Made by a program: the position numbers and the translations under genes. 57,578 bases of DNA from Kiritimatiellia bacterium. GTDB taxonomy: Bacteria; Verrucomicrobiota; Kiritimatiellia; RFP12; UBA1067. The notes beneath the pieces are model-generated. The model made no database searches, was not told where the DNA came from, and worked only from the letters and a program-made list of their open reading frames with translations. Of this stretch, positions 16,487-25,031 are shown in pieces. Numbering within the stretch: the stretch's first letter is position 1; each line of letters opens with the position of its first letter. The stretch covers positions 1 to 57,578 of the forward strand of contig JAEDMC010000001.1 of the NCBI GenBank assembly GCA_016303225.1, in the 5' to 3' direction.

Positions 16487-17683
16487 TTACTTAAAAGTTG
16501 AAACGTCTTTGTCCGGGCCGAAGGGCGAAAGCTCTCTCAGATTCCTGATAACCGGCGGGAGCTTCTCGAGCACGTAGTCGACCTCGTCCATCGTGTTGTA
16601 GCGCGAGAGCGAGAAGCGTACCGAACCATGCACCGCCGTGAACGGCACGCCCATCGCGCGGATCACGTGGCTCGGATCGAGCGAGCCGGACGCGCAGGCG
16701 GAACCGGTCGAAATGCAGATGCCGAGGTCGGAGAGGTGATAGGCGATCGCTTCGCCCTCTATATACTCGAAGCTGACGTTCAGCGTGTTCGGCAAACGAT
16801 GTGTGCGGTCACCGTTGACGCGGACGTTCGGACAGCTCACGAGGATTCCCGCCTCGAGCTTGTCGCGGAGGGCGGTGAGCTTCACCGTCTCGTCCGCCAT
16901 CCCGAGCCGCGCGAGTTCGCAGGCCTTGGCAAGACCGACGATGTAGGGAACGTTCTCCGTGCCCGCACGGCGGGTGCGCTCCTGATGTCCGCCCAGCATG
17001 AACGGCTTCAGCTTGGTGCCCTTGCGGACGTAGAAGATGCCGACGCCCTTCGGCGCGTGGAACTTGTGTCCGCTCATCGACAGCATGTCGACGGGAACCT
17101 TCTTCACGTCCACCGGAATCTTGCCCGCGACCTGCACGGCGTCCGTATGGAGAATCGCCCCGTGCGCCCTGCAGATCTCCGCCACCTTCTCAATCGGAAA
17201 GAGAACGCCCGTCTCGTTGTTGGCCCACATGATCGAAACCAGCGTGGCTGGTTTCGAGGTTGAAGGTTTGGAGAGTTCGGCCTCGAGCTGCGCGAGGTCG
17301 AGCTGGCCGGTGGAGTCAACAGGGAGTTCGACGACCTCGTGGCCGAGGGCCTTCAGGCGGCGGCAGGGCTGGAGAACGGCGGGATGCTCGACGGCCGTGG
17401 TGATGACCTTGAGGTCCCTGCCAAAATAATCCGCCGTGCCGCGGATTGCGGAATTGTCGGACTCCGTCGCGCAGGACGTGAAGATGATCTCGTCGGGGTC
17501 GGCGTTCAGGAAGCGCGCAACTTCCTCGCGCGCAGCGTCCACGTGTTTCGCGACCGAGCCGCCGAACGCGTGCATCGAGCTCGGGTTGCCGTAGAGCTCG
17601 CCGAAAAACGGCAGCATCGCATCCCGCACCTCGGGAGCGACCTGTGTCGTCGCATTGTTGTCAAAATAAACCGTCTTGGACAT
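16487..17683 (-). CDS. nifS: Cysteine desulfurase (NifS/IscS class)
   Basis: 398 aa. YFDNNATT.., PLP-lysine segment SMSGHKFHAPKG and GSACASG active-site loop. Confidence 0.9.
   Translation of the reverse strand: MSKTVYFDNNATTQVAPEVRDAMLPFFGELYGNPSSMHAFGGSVAKHVDAAREEVARFLNADPDEIIFTSCATESDNSAIRGTADYFGRDLKVITTAVEHPAVLQPCRRLKALGHEVVELPVDSTGQLDLAQLEAELSKPSTSKPATLVSIMWANNETGVLFPIEKVAEICRAHGAILHTDAVQVAGKIPVDVKKVPVDMLSMSGHKFHAPKGVGIFYVRKGTKLKPFMLGGHQERTRRAGTENVPYIVGLAKACELARLGMADETVKLTALRDKLEAGILVSCPNVRVNGDRTHRLPNTLNVSFEYIEGEAIAYHLSDLGICISTGSACASGSLDPSHVIRAMGVPFTAVHGSVRFSLSRYNTMDEVDYVLEKLPPVIRNLRELSPFGPDKDVSTFK
17250..17275. repeat. Stutter micro-array in nifS
   Basis: Sequence: ggtttcgaggttgaaggtttggagag. 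It encodes the extra KPSTSKPA segment. Confidence 0.6.
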
Positions 17684-17692
17684 AGGCGTGAT

Positions 17693-17698
17693 ATTATA
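17693..17698 (-). promoter_or_regulatory. -10 box TATAAT, 9 nt before the nifS ATG
   Basis: Minus strand ggTATAATatcacgcctATG. Confidence 0.55.
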
Positions 17699-17707
17699 CC
17701 ACTTTCG

Positions 17708-19477
17708 TCAAAGGACGATGTTGTCGAGATCGGGGATGTGGGCTCGCATCCAGGTTTCGCAGACGGCGAGGATCTCCGCGGCCGTCGCGCCGTCGCCCAT
17801 CGCCTCGACGGCCTTGAGATAGTCGTCGAGGTCAGCGCGCGTGAGCCGCGAAAGGAGCTTGGCCATGAGCGGAATGTAGGTTGCGGACATCGACAGGAAG
17901 TCCACGCCCATCGCGGCCCAGAGCACGCCGACGATCGGATCGGACGCTGACTCGCCGCAGACGCTCACGTAGATGCCGTTCCTCTTGGCCGCTGCGATCG
18001 TCCTCTTCATGAGCTTCAGGACCGCGGGATTCGTCGGCTGATAGAGATGCGCGACGGCCTCGTTGCCGCGGTCCGCCGCCATCGTGTACTGGATGAGGTC
18101 GTTCGTGCCGATGGAAAAGAACTTCACATACTTCGCAAGCGCGTCGGCGTTGATCGCCGCGGACGGCACCTCGATCATCGCGCCGACGGGGAGGTCGCGG
18201 TCGTAGGCGATGCCCTCGGCGTCGAGCTGTTCCGTGACCTGCGCGAACATCTTGGCAGCGGCCTGCAGCTCCTCGACACAGGAAACCATCGGATACATGA
18301 TGCCGACCTTGCCGAAGACGGACGCGCGCAGGATTGCGCGGAGCTGCTTCTTGAAAACATCGGGGTTCGAAAGCAAATAACGGATCGATCGGTTGCCGAG
18401 GAAGGGATTCGCCTCCTTCGAGGAAATGCCGCGAACGAGCTTGTCGCCGCCGATGTCAAGCGTACGGATGGCGATGGTCGAGCGGTCGCCGAGGGTCTTC
18501 GCGAACTTCGCCGCGTCGCTGTAGGCCTCGAACTGCTCCTCCTCCGTCGGTTCGAGTTCGCGGTTGAGCCAGAGGTATTCGCTACGGTAAAGCCCGACGC
18601 CGCGCGCGCCCTGCGCCTTGATGTCCGCAACCGGCACGCCGGGGTGGATGTTCGCGTAGAGCGGAATGTCGCTGCCGTCCTTCAGCGTACCGGCGGGAGC
18701 GCCGGTCGCGACGTCCTCGACGAGTTCGCGCTGGCGTTCGATGAGATCGGAGAAGTCGCGGATCGCGGAAGCCGTCGGAAAAATGGTGATGGCGCCGTTG
18801 GTGCCGTCGAGAAGCAGCGTCTCCCCGGCAATCGCACGATGGGTGATGTCCCCGAGGCCCGTGACGGCGGGGATGCCCATCGCGCGGGAGAGGAGGGCGA
18901 CGTGGCTCGTCGTCGATCCGCCGTTGGTGGCGAAGCCGAGAACAAGGTCGCGCGGCAGGCGCACGGTCTCGGAGGGCGTCAGGTCGTCCGCAACGACAAT
19001 GGAGGGGACCTTCAGCTCGGTGGTCGGATCTTCCGCGAAGCCGGTGAGGGCCTTGAGGAGGCGGCGTTCGACGTCGTCAAGGTCGCGCACGCGCTCGCGG
19101 AAATAGGGGTCGTTCATCTGCGCGAACTGCCGGCGCGCGTGATTGGCCGTGCGGCGCACGGCGGTTTCGGCGTTGATGCGGTCCTCGCGGATGTACTTTT
19201 CGGTTTCGTCTACGAGGACGATGTCGTCAAGCATCATCAGGTGGCACTCGAAGACACGCACGTCCTTGCCGCCCGTGTGCTCCTTCACTGCCGAAATCAG
19301 CTTCTCAAGATCGCCCTTCGTCTCCACAAGAGCGCGCTTCAGGCGCAGAAGCTCGTCCGCCTCGCGCCCGGGTTTGACGACATATTGGGGGATGGGGATT
19401 TCGCCGTCCCCTCGGTAGATGAATGCGGGACCGACGGCAAAGCCACGCGCCGTCGCCAAGCCCGCAATCGTCCGCAT
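17708..19477 (-). CDS. ptsI: Phosphoenolpyruvate-protein phosphotransferase (PTS enzyme I)
   Basis: Start MRTIAGLATARGFAVGPAF. Motifs: GGSTTSHVALLSRAMGIPAV (phospho-His) and FFSIGTNDL. The ATG at 19495 is an alternative start. Confidence 0.9.
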   Translation of the reverse strand: MRTIAGLATARGFAVGPAFIYRGDGEIPIPQYVVKPGREADELLRLKRALVETKGDLEKLISAVKEHTGGKDVRVFECHLMMLDDIVLVDETEKYIREDRINAETAVRRTANHARRQFAQMNDPYFRERVRDLDDVERRLLKALTGFAEDPTTELKVPSIVVADDLTPSETVRLPRDLVLGFATNGGSTTSHVALLSRAMGIPAVTGLGDITHRAIAGETLLLDGTNGAITIFPTASAIRDFSDLIERQRELVEDVATGAPAGTLKDGSDIPLYANIHPGVPVADIKAQGARGVGLYRSEYLWLNRELEPTEEEQFEAYSDAAKFAKTLGDRSTIAIRTLDIGGDKLVRGISSKEANPFLGNRSIRYLLSNPDVFKKQLRAILRASVFGKVGIMYPMVSCVEELQAAAKMFAQVTEQLDAEGIAYDRDLPVGAMIEVPSAAINADALAKYVKFFSIGTNDLIQYTMAADRGNEAVAHLYQPTNPAVLKLMKRTIAAAKRNGIYVSVCGESASDPIVGVLWAAMGVDFLSMSATYIPLMAKLLSRLTRADLDDYLKAVEAMGDGATAAEILAVCETWMRAHIPDLDNIVL

Positions 19478-19484
19478 CGGCCCC

Positions 19485-19769
19485 TTATTGCTCATCCGGA
19501 ATGTCGAACTTGCGCGCCACCAGGGCCTCCAGTTCGTCCAGGGCTTCCTTCGCCTGGACTCCTGAGGCCGAGACGTTGAGGACCGTGCCGCACACTGCCT
19601 CAAGCGTCATCAGCGCCATGATCGACTTGCCGGAAACGACGTTGCCGTCCTTCTCGACCTCGACATCCGCGTCAAAACGGCTGGCCGTCTTGGCGAAGAG
19701 TCCGGCCGGGCGGACATGCATTCCGTATTTGTTGAGGAGCTTCAGCTGCCGCGTCATTTTTTCAGCCAT
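19485..19769 (-). CDS. ptsH: Phosphocarrier protein HPr
   Basis: GMHVRPA (His15) and GKSIM (Ser46) are both present. Start MAEKMTRQ. Confidence 0.9.
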   Translation of the reverse strand: MAEKMTRQLKLLNKYGMHVRPAGLFAKTASRFDADVEVEKDGNVVSGKSIMALMTLEAVCGTVLNVSASGVQAKEALDELEALVARKFDIPDEQ

Positions 19770-20781
19770 TGCGTTTACCCTTCCTCTTGCTCTTCTCTTT
19801 TTTGTCAAATTGCATAATGTCCGCGCGCTTGCGCAAGCGTTCGGACAGTTCCTGGACCGGATCGTATCCGGACATGATCAGCTTCTGCTGCATCGCCGCG
19901 GTCTCGACCAGGTTGACGAGATCGCGCCCCGCCGAAACGGGGATAACGACGTTCGGGACGTCGACGCCGAGGATATTCTTCACGCGCCGCGTCTGACCGA
20001 TACGGTCGATCTCGCCCTTCACGTCGTCGAGCCGCTTGAAGGTGATGATCAGCTCAAGGTGCTTTTCGCCGCGAACCGCACAAACGCCGAACACGCTCGG
20101 GATGTGCATGATGCCGATGCCGCGGATCTCCATGAACCCGGCCGTTGCGGCCGAGGCGGAGCCGAACAGGATGTTGTTGCCGACATCCTTGCGGATGCAC
20201 GTGAGGTCGTCCGCCACCAGCGCGCAACCACGCTTGACGAGACCGAGCGCGGTCTCGGACTTGCCGAGGCCTGGATCGCCCTCGAAGAGGACGCCGAGCC
20301 CGCAGACCTCGACCATCGTCCCGTAAATGGATGTCGTCGGCGCGCCGAGCTTCTCGAGGACGAACGCGCAATGGTGCATGAAGGCACTCGTCGTCATCGG
20401 CGTCGACAGCAGGACCGCGCCCGCCTTCACGGCAAACGCGGTTTCACTTGCCTTCGGCTGACGGCCGCAGGTGAAGATGAAGCAAAACGCCTTCCGGTCG
20501 AGGAGCGCCTTCATCCGCTCGTGGCGCGTCACGTCGTCAAGCGAATCGAGATAGGTCATCTCGGCGTTGCCGAAAATCTGCAGCCGATCCCAGGCGAAGT
20601 GCTCGTAGAAGCCCGTGAGCGCCAGGCCGGGACGGTTGACGATCGGCTCCTCGATCTTCCGGTTCAGGTTTTCCGCGCCCGCAACGAGCGTGAGGGACAG
20701 CGCTTCGCGGCCGGCTTCGTAGAAGTCGGCCACGGTGAAGGTGTTGCCCTTCGCGCTCGAACGGGTCGGAAGACTTTGCAT
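19762..20781 (-). CDS. hprK: HPr kinase/phosphorylase
   Basis: 339 aa. P-loop GDPGLGKSETAL and the C-terminal kinase domain signature. Confidence 0.95.
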   Translation of the reverse strand: MQSLPTRSSAKGNTFTVADFYEAGREALSLTLVAGAENLNRKIEEPIVNRPGLALTGFYEHFAWDRLQIFGNAEMTYLDSLDDVTRHERMKALLDRKAFCFIFTCGRQPKASETAFAVKAGAVLLSTPMTTSAFMHHCAFVLEKLGAPTTSIYGTMVEVCGLGVLFEGDPGLGKSETALGLVKRGCALVADDLTCIRKDVGNNILFGSASAATAGFMEIRGIGIMHIPSVFGVCAVRGEKHLELIITFKRLDDVKGEIDRIGQTRRVKNILGVDVPNVVIPVSAGRDLVNLVETAAMQQKLIMSGYDPVQELSERLRKRADIMQFDKKEKSKRKGKRNG

Positions 20782-20783
20782 GA

Positions 20784-21119
20784 TCAGTTCTTCGCAGACG
20801 CGGCGCGCTGCTTGCGGACCGTGCCTTTGCGTGCCTTGACGCGCATTCTCAGGAGCTGACGCTCGGCGCGCGCGGCAGCGGCGTCGATGACGCTCTTCGC
20901 GGACTCCGAAAACTCCTTCGCGCCGACTGCGGTCTCGCCGAGTCGGTTCGCAACGACTTCCGCCATGTACATGTGCTTCTTGACGTCGACGTCGATCACA
21001 ATTGCGACCTTCGTCACCTTCGGAAATCTCTCCTTCAGGAGCGCCATGCGCTTTTCGGCGTACTCCTTCATCGACTCGATCCGCACGTCACTGTGCCTCA
21101 TCGTAACTTCAATGCTCAT
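20784..21119 (-). CDS. hpf: Ribosome hibernation promoting factor (sigma-54 modulation protein family)
   Basis: MSIEVTMRH.. short HPF/RaiA fold in the canonical position after lptB. Confidence 0.85.
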   Translation of the reverse strand: MSIEVTMRHSDVRIESMKEYAEKRMALLKERFPKVTKVAIVIDVDVKKHMYMAEVVANRLGETAVGAKEFSESAKSVIDAAAARAERQLLRMRVKARKGTVRKQRAASAKN

Positions 21120-21155
21120 TTTCTGTCCTCCTTTTTGACTACCAACTACTCTCAA

Positions 21156-21938
21156 CTACATTCTGAAGTTCTCGCCGAGATACTTCTCGCGAACTTCCGG
21201 ATCGTAGACCAAATCCTCGCTCGTCCCCTCACGGAGAAGACGCCCGTCGTAGACAAGATACGCTCGGTTGACGACCGACAGCGTCTCGCGGACGTTGTGG
21301 TCGGTGATGACGATGCCGAGCCCTTCGGACGCCAACCGACGGATGATGTCCTGAATCTCGTTCACCGAAAGGGGATCGACGCCGGCGAATGGCTCGTCAA
21401 GCATCAGGATCGCCGGATTCCGCACAAGCGCACGCGCGATCTCGAGCTTGCGGCGTTCTCCGCCCGACAGCGTGTAAGCCGGCTGCTTCGCGACCTTCAT
21501 AAGGTCAAACGGGCTGAGCAGCTCCTCCGCACGCTGCGCACGCTCCTTACGCGAAAGCGGCAACGTCTCGAGAATCGCCATCACGTTGTCCCACACCGAA
21601 AGCTTGCGGAAGACGCTTGCCTCCTGCGCGAGATAGCCGAGGCCCTTGCGCGCGCGGACGTAGACGGGAAGTCGCGTGATGTCCTCGCCGCGGAACCGGA
21701 CCGTTCCGGCCTCCGGCTTCACGAGCCCGACGATCATGTAAAACGTCGTCGTCTTGCCTGCGCCGTTGGGACCGAGGATGCCGATGATCTCGCCACAGCT
21801 GCACTTCACGTTCATGCCGTTGACGACAGTCCGATCGCCATAGACCTTCACCAGACCCGTAGCCGTCAGATCGGCGTCTTCGTTCGCCGTCCGCTCGCGA
21901 ACCATTGCACCCATCGCCTCCATCACCAAGTCACTCAT
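21156..21938 (-). CDS. lptB: LPS export ABC transporter ATP-binding protein
   Basis: GPNGAGKTT, LSGGERRKLEIARAL and LMLDEPFAGVDP motifs. The ATGA overlap with the lptA stop sets the start at 21938. The 455-aa ORF-track extension is rejected. Confidence 0.95.
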   Translation of the reverse strand: MSDLVMEAMGAMVRERTANEDADLTATGLVKVYGDRTVVNGMNVKCSCGEIIGILGPNGAGKTTTFYMIVGLVKPEAGTVRFRGEDITRLPVYVRARKGLGYLAQEASVFRKLSVWDNVMAILETLPLSRKERAQRAEELLSPFDLMKVAKQPAYTLSGGERRKLEIARALVRNPAILMLDEPFAGVDPLSVNEIQDIIRRLASEGLGIVITDHNVRETLSVVNRAYLVYDGRLLREGTSEDLVYDPEVREKYLGENFRM

Positions 21939-22471
21939 AGCAGCTTCGCTCCTCCGTTCCCATCGGCCGTAATCCTGGGTTTCTCGACCTCCGCCTGCTC
22001 GGAACCCAGCCAAAACCTGATCCGCAGACCCTCCAGCGAACGAGCGCCGCCCCTGCCGTCGCTCAGGCTGGCTAAGGATTTCTTCCCATCGCCAAACATC
22101 TCGATTTCTCCCCTTTGCCGACGATAGGTCGCCATCGCGCAGGTTCCGACGCGGTTTTCGTTGGTAATCGACACCGCCCCAACCGCGACTACGCGGCTCA
22201 ACTCGTTCGTACCGGCGAGGAATATGTAGAGCTTGTCGGCGCACATCACGAAATCCTCGGAATAGCGCACGCATACGTCGCCCTCGAACATCACCACGCC
22301 CGCCTTCATGTCGAAGTCGCTCGTGCGGCTCGTGATCCGCGCCGACGTGACCTCTTGCTTCGCGGAGGACGCAACCGTCTTCACCGTTGTCGCAACCGGC
22401 GCAACCGGAGTTTCGGTCGGCGGATCCAGCAACAGTGTCACAGTCAGGAGAGATGTCAGGAGCGCGGTCAT
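21935..22471 (-). CDS. lptA: LptA/OstA-like periplasmic LPS transport protein
   Basis: 178 aa. Signal peptide and OstA-type beta-jellyroll pattern, in the position upstream of lptB. Confidence 0.65.
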   Translation of the reverse strand: MTALLTSLLTVTLLLDPPTETPVAPVATTVKTVASSAKQEVTSARITSRTSDFDMKAGVVMFEGDVCVRYSEDFVMCADKLYIFLAGTNELSRVVAVGAVSITNENRVGTCAMATYRRQRGEIEMFGDGKKSLASLSDGRGGARSLEGLRIRFWLGSEQAEVEKPRITADGNGGAKLL

Positions 22472-23049
22472 TGCAAGCCTCCCCCGAATTTAAGGTCAGA
22501 CGACTCCACAACGGATCCGCCAAATACCTTGATGTAGGAATCGGGCGCCGAGAAGTAGACGCCCTTACCTTCGAATGACGTCTTCCCCTGTGTCACTCTC
22601 GCCGCGCCTTCCGCCCAGCCGCTTTTCGAATTGCGGTCCACAAGGCAATTCTGAGCCACAAGCCGCGCCTCGACGGCACCTCCTTTGGCAAGTTTTCTGA
22701 CTTCGACGTCTTCAGCCCAGACAAAGCCCTCTGCCAGAAAATACTGCGCCCTTCCGGCGTGCACCAGGACCTTCACGGACCCGTCGCCATATGTCTCGAC
22801 GGGAATCGTCACGTTCTCCGCAGGTTCCTTCACCTTCGCGCAACAATTCGTGTAGGCGGACATCAGTCGCTCGGCCTCGCGCGCAAAGAGCTCGCGCTTC
22901 CCATGCCACTCCGCCGAATCGAAGGCATAGGTCGAAGGGATGAGGAATGAGGAATGAGGGATGAGATGGGGAACGAAAAGAGAATACAGCAGGACAAGTG
23001 CGAAAAAATTTCGCACGCGACTCGTTCGCTTGCTCCTAACTATTCTCAT
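22468..23049 (-). CDS. LptC-like membrane-anchored protein
   Basis: 193 aa with an N-terminal TM anchor and a beta-rich body. It lies upstream of lptA with a 4-nt overlap. The assignment rests on position and shape only. Confidence 0.45.
   Translation of the reverse strand: MRIVRSKRTSRVRNFFALVLLYSLFVPHLIPHSSFLIPSTYAFDSAEWHGKRELFAREAERLMSAYTNCCAKVKEPAENVTIPVETYGDGSVKVLVHAGRAQYFLAEGFVWAEDVEVRKLAKGGAVEARLVAQNCLVDRNSKSGWAEGAARVTQGKTSFEGKGVYFSAPDSYIKVFGGSVVESSDLKFGGGLQ
22937..22971. repeat. Heptamer micro-array (gggatga/ggaatga x5) in the LptC-like anchor
   Basis: Sequence: gggatgaggaatgaggaatgagggatgagatgggg. It encodes PHLIPHSSFLIPS. Confidence 0.85.
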
Positions 23050-23055
23050 GCCGCC

Positions 23056-23064
23056 ATTATATCA
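23056..23064 (-). promoter_or_regulatory. Extended -10 TGATATAAT, 6 nt before the lptC-like ATG
   Basis: Minus strand TGATATAATggcggcATG. The IS left end is 47 bp further upstream. Confidence 0.6.
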
Positions 23065-23211
23065 AAAGGAGGCGAAAAATTCCATCCGCCAGAACGCGGA
23101 TCGGTTACCGGCATGGTGATTAATTTCATTCTCGATCCGCCGCGTTCCCATTGGATTTCCGCCCGCCCTTAACAAAAGAGGCGATTTTTGAGATGATATG
23201 CTCGTCCCATT

Positions 23212-24561
23212 TTGGAGCAGGCACATCTCATGAACGGGAAAATCAGGATTCGGCACATCTACAAGGCGACGGAACTCAAGCGGTTCGGCAAGCTCGAAGG
23301 CAAGTACCACCACATGGGCGAAACCCATTCCGGGGGCGACACCATGCGCATTGTCTTCGAGGATGAAAACGGGAAATGGCTGGCGCTGATGGTCTGGGGC
23401 TCGGCCTGCTACCACCTGCGACCGAGGGACGAATACATCGGATGGAACATGGCGCTGCGGCGGGCGCGGCAGAAGCTCGTCCTCAACAACAGGCGCTTCA
23501 CCATCCTCGCAAAGCCCGGAACACACCCGAACCTCGCCTCGCAGTGCCTCGGCCTCGCCTTGCGCGAGCTGCCGCGGATGTGGCAGAGGAAGTTCCACTA
23601 CCGCCCCCTCCTGGCCGAGACGTTCTGCGACATCAACCATTCGCCCGGAACGTGCTACAAGGCCGCGAACTGGATCCCTCTCGGCGTGACCAAGGGCTTC
23701 TCGCGGGTCAACCGGCAGGAATGCGACTTCTACATCCCGAACGACGACCCGAAGACAATCTGGGTCGCGCCCTTCGCCCGCGACGCCGTCGAGCTGCTCA
23801 ACTCCCCGAACCTTCCCGACGAATGCCTGGAGGGCGCGCACTGCGACGCCGACGGGGTTCTCCCCGTCTCGCCGGCACAGGCGGAATCGCTCTACGAGGC
23901 CATGCGCGGGGTCAGGGACTGGCGTGACGACAACAAGTCCATCCCCGCGGCCTCCATGCTGTCGATCGTCGTCATGGCGATGATGAGCGGGGCGAACTCG
24001 GTCAAGGCCGTCTGGAGGTTCGGGGAGCGGCTCACGATGGCCCAGCGCAGGCAACTCTGCCTGAGGCACGACAAGGACAAGTTCGGCAAGCCGCTGAAGG
24101 CATACTTCAAGGTCCCCTCCTACGTCACGTTCTACAAGTTCCTGAAGAAGCTCGACCTCGCCGACTTCGGAGAGAGGCTCAGCGCCTGGCTCCAGTCGCA
24201 GGAAGGGACGCTGCCCCGCAGGCTCGCGCTCGACGGGAAGTTCGTCAAGGAGGTCATGGGCGTCGTCTCGATGGTCGACTGCGAGACGGGCGCGCCCGTG
24301 GCGGTCGCGTCGTCCCGGCGGAAGGAGGGGACGATCGGCGAGTGCGAGCTTCCGAAGGGACAGAAGCTCATCCGCGACCAGGACCTCACCAACGCCCTCG
24401 TCTGCGCGGACGCGCTCCACGGGCAGCAGGACACCGCCCGCGCCATCCTTGACGCGAACGGGGACTACCTGCTGCAGATCAAGGAGAACCAGAAGACGAT
24501 CCTCAGGAACGCGGAGAACGTCGCCAAGGCCCGAGAACCGAACGGCGTCAAAAAAAAGTAG
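23212..24561 (+). CDS. ISAs1 transposase, upstream frame: DUF4338-like N-domain plus DDE_Tnp_1-associated domain plus first part of the DDE domain
   Basis: 449 aa. YHHMGE..LMVWGSACYHLRPRDEYIGW..LNNRRFTIL..LASQCLGLALRELP..LLETF-like..GTCYKAANW is the DUF4338 pattern. DWRDDNKSIPAASMLSIVVMAMMSGANS and LALDGKF..ADALHGQQDTARAIL..GDYLLQIKENQ are the ISAs1 pattern. The frame ends at a TAG right after the A8 run. Confidence 0.75.
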   Translation: MEQAHLMNGKIRIRHIYKATELKRFGKLEGKYHHMGETHSGGDTMRIVFEDENGKWLALMVWGSACYHLRPRDEYIGWNMALRRARQKLVLNNRRFTILAKPGTHPNLASQCLGLALRELPRMWQRKFHYRPLLAETFCDINHSPGTCYKAANWIPLGVTKGFSRVNRQECDFYIPNDDPKTIWVAPFARDAVELLNSPNLPDECLEGAHCDADGVLPVSPAQAESLYEAMRGVRDWRDDNKSIPAASMLSIVVMAMMSGANSVKAVWRFGERLTMAQRRQLCLRHDKDKFGKPLKAYFKVPSYVTFYKFLKKLDLADFGERLSAWLQSQEGTLPRRLALDGKFVKEVMGVVSMVDCETGAPVAVASSRRKEGTIGECELPKGQKLIRDQDLTNALVCADALHGQQDTARAILDANGDYLLQIKENQKTILRNAENVAKAREPNGVKKK

Positions 24562-25016
24562 AGTCAAACCGCAGCCGGATCGAAACGCGCATCACCCGCA
24601 TCTACGCGCTCGACGATCCCGTCCAACTCGGAATGTTCGGCGCACACACGCTCGTCCGGACATGGCGGAAGACCGAACACCTGGCGGGAAAGCTCAAGGG
24701 CACGACGAGCATGGAAATCTCCTATCACGCCTCGTCGGTCCGCATCAACGCACGGCATGACGCCGGGTTCTTCGCGGACGGTGTGCGCGGCGAATGGAGC
24801 GTGGAGAAGTACCACGCGCGGAGGGACGGGACATACTGCGAAGACATCCGCACCCGTCGTTGCGACGAGAACGTGACTGGCGCCCTGATGCTCGCGAGAA
24901 CCCTCGCGCTCTACTTCTTCGCGAAGAGCGGCATGTCCAACTGCCAGGCGTTCAAGGAGAAAATGCAGGCAAATCCAGACATGGTATTCGACCTCGTCAT
25001 GGGAAAGGAGGTCTAA
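24558..25016 (+). pseudogene. ISAs1 transposase C-terminal part in the -1 frame (frameshift at A8 run 24550-24557)
   Basis: The -1 frame reads through the A8 run: ..KKVESNRSRIETRITRIYAL..EISYHASS..GEWSVEKYHARRDGTYCEDIRTRR..ALMLARTLALYFF. These are ISAs1 C-terminal motifs. The ORF track lists only 24633-25016. Confidence 0.7.
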
Positions 25017-25031
25017 AGTAAATCACCATGG

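Larger units (their letters stand above)
23112..25030 (+). mobile_element. ISAs1-family insertion sequence (1919 bp) with an 8-bp target-site duplication
   Basis: The terminal IRs catggtgattaatttca (23112..) and the reverse complement of ..tactttagtaaatcaccatg (..25030) share the first 10 nt and about 14 of 17 positions. The direct repeat gttaccgg occurs at 23104-23111 and 25031-25038. The element contains the only plus-strand CDS on the left side of the window. Confidence 0.85.

Noticed and set aside
21156-22523. ORF-track N-terminal extensions taken at face value (lptB 455 aa; also coaC to 6347, ispF to 5659, tatD-1 to 4606, clpX from 43063, GT2 to 5169, ptsI to 19603, tatD-2 from 55982)
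   Set aside because: The extensions overlap the upstream gene in another frame and have Arg/Pro-rich junk composition. Conserved N-termini begin at internal ATG or GTG codons that form ATGA/GTGA overlaps or short gaps with the upstream stop.
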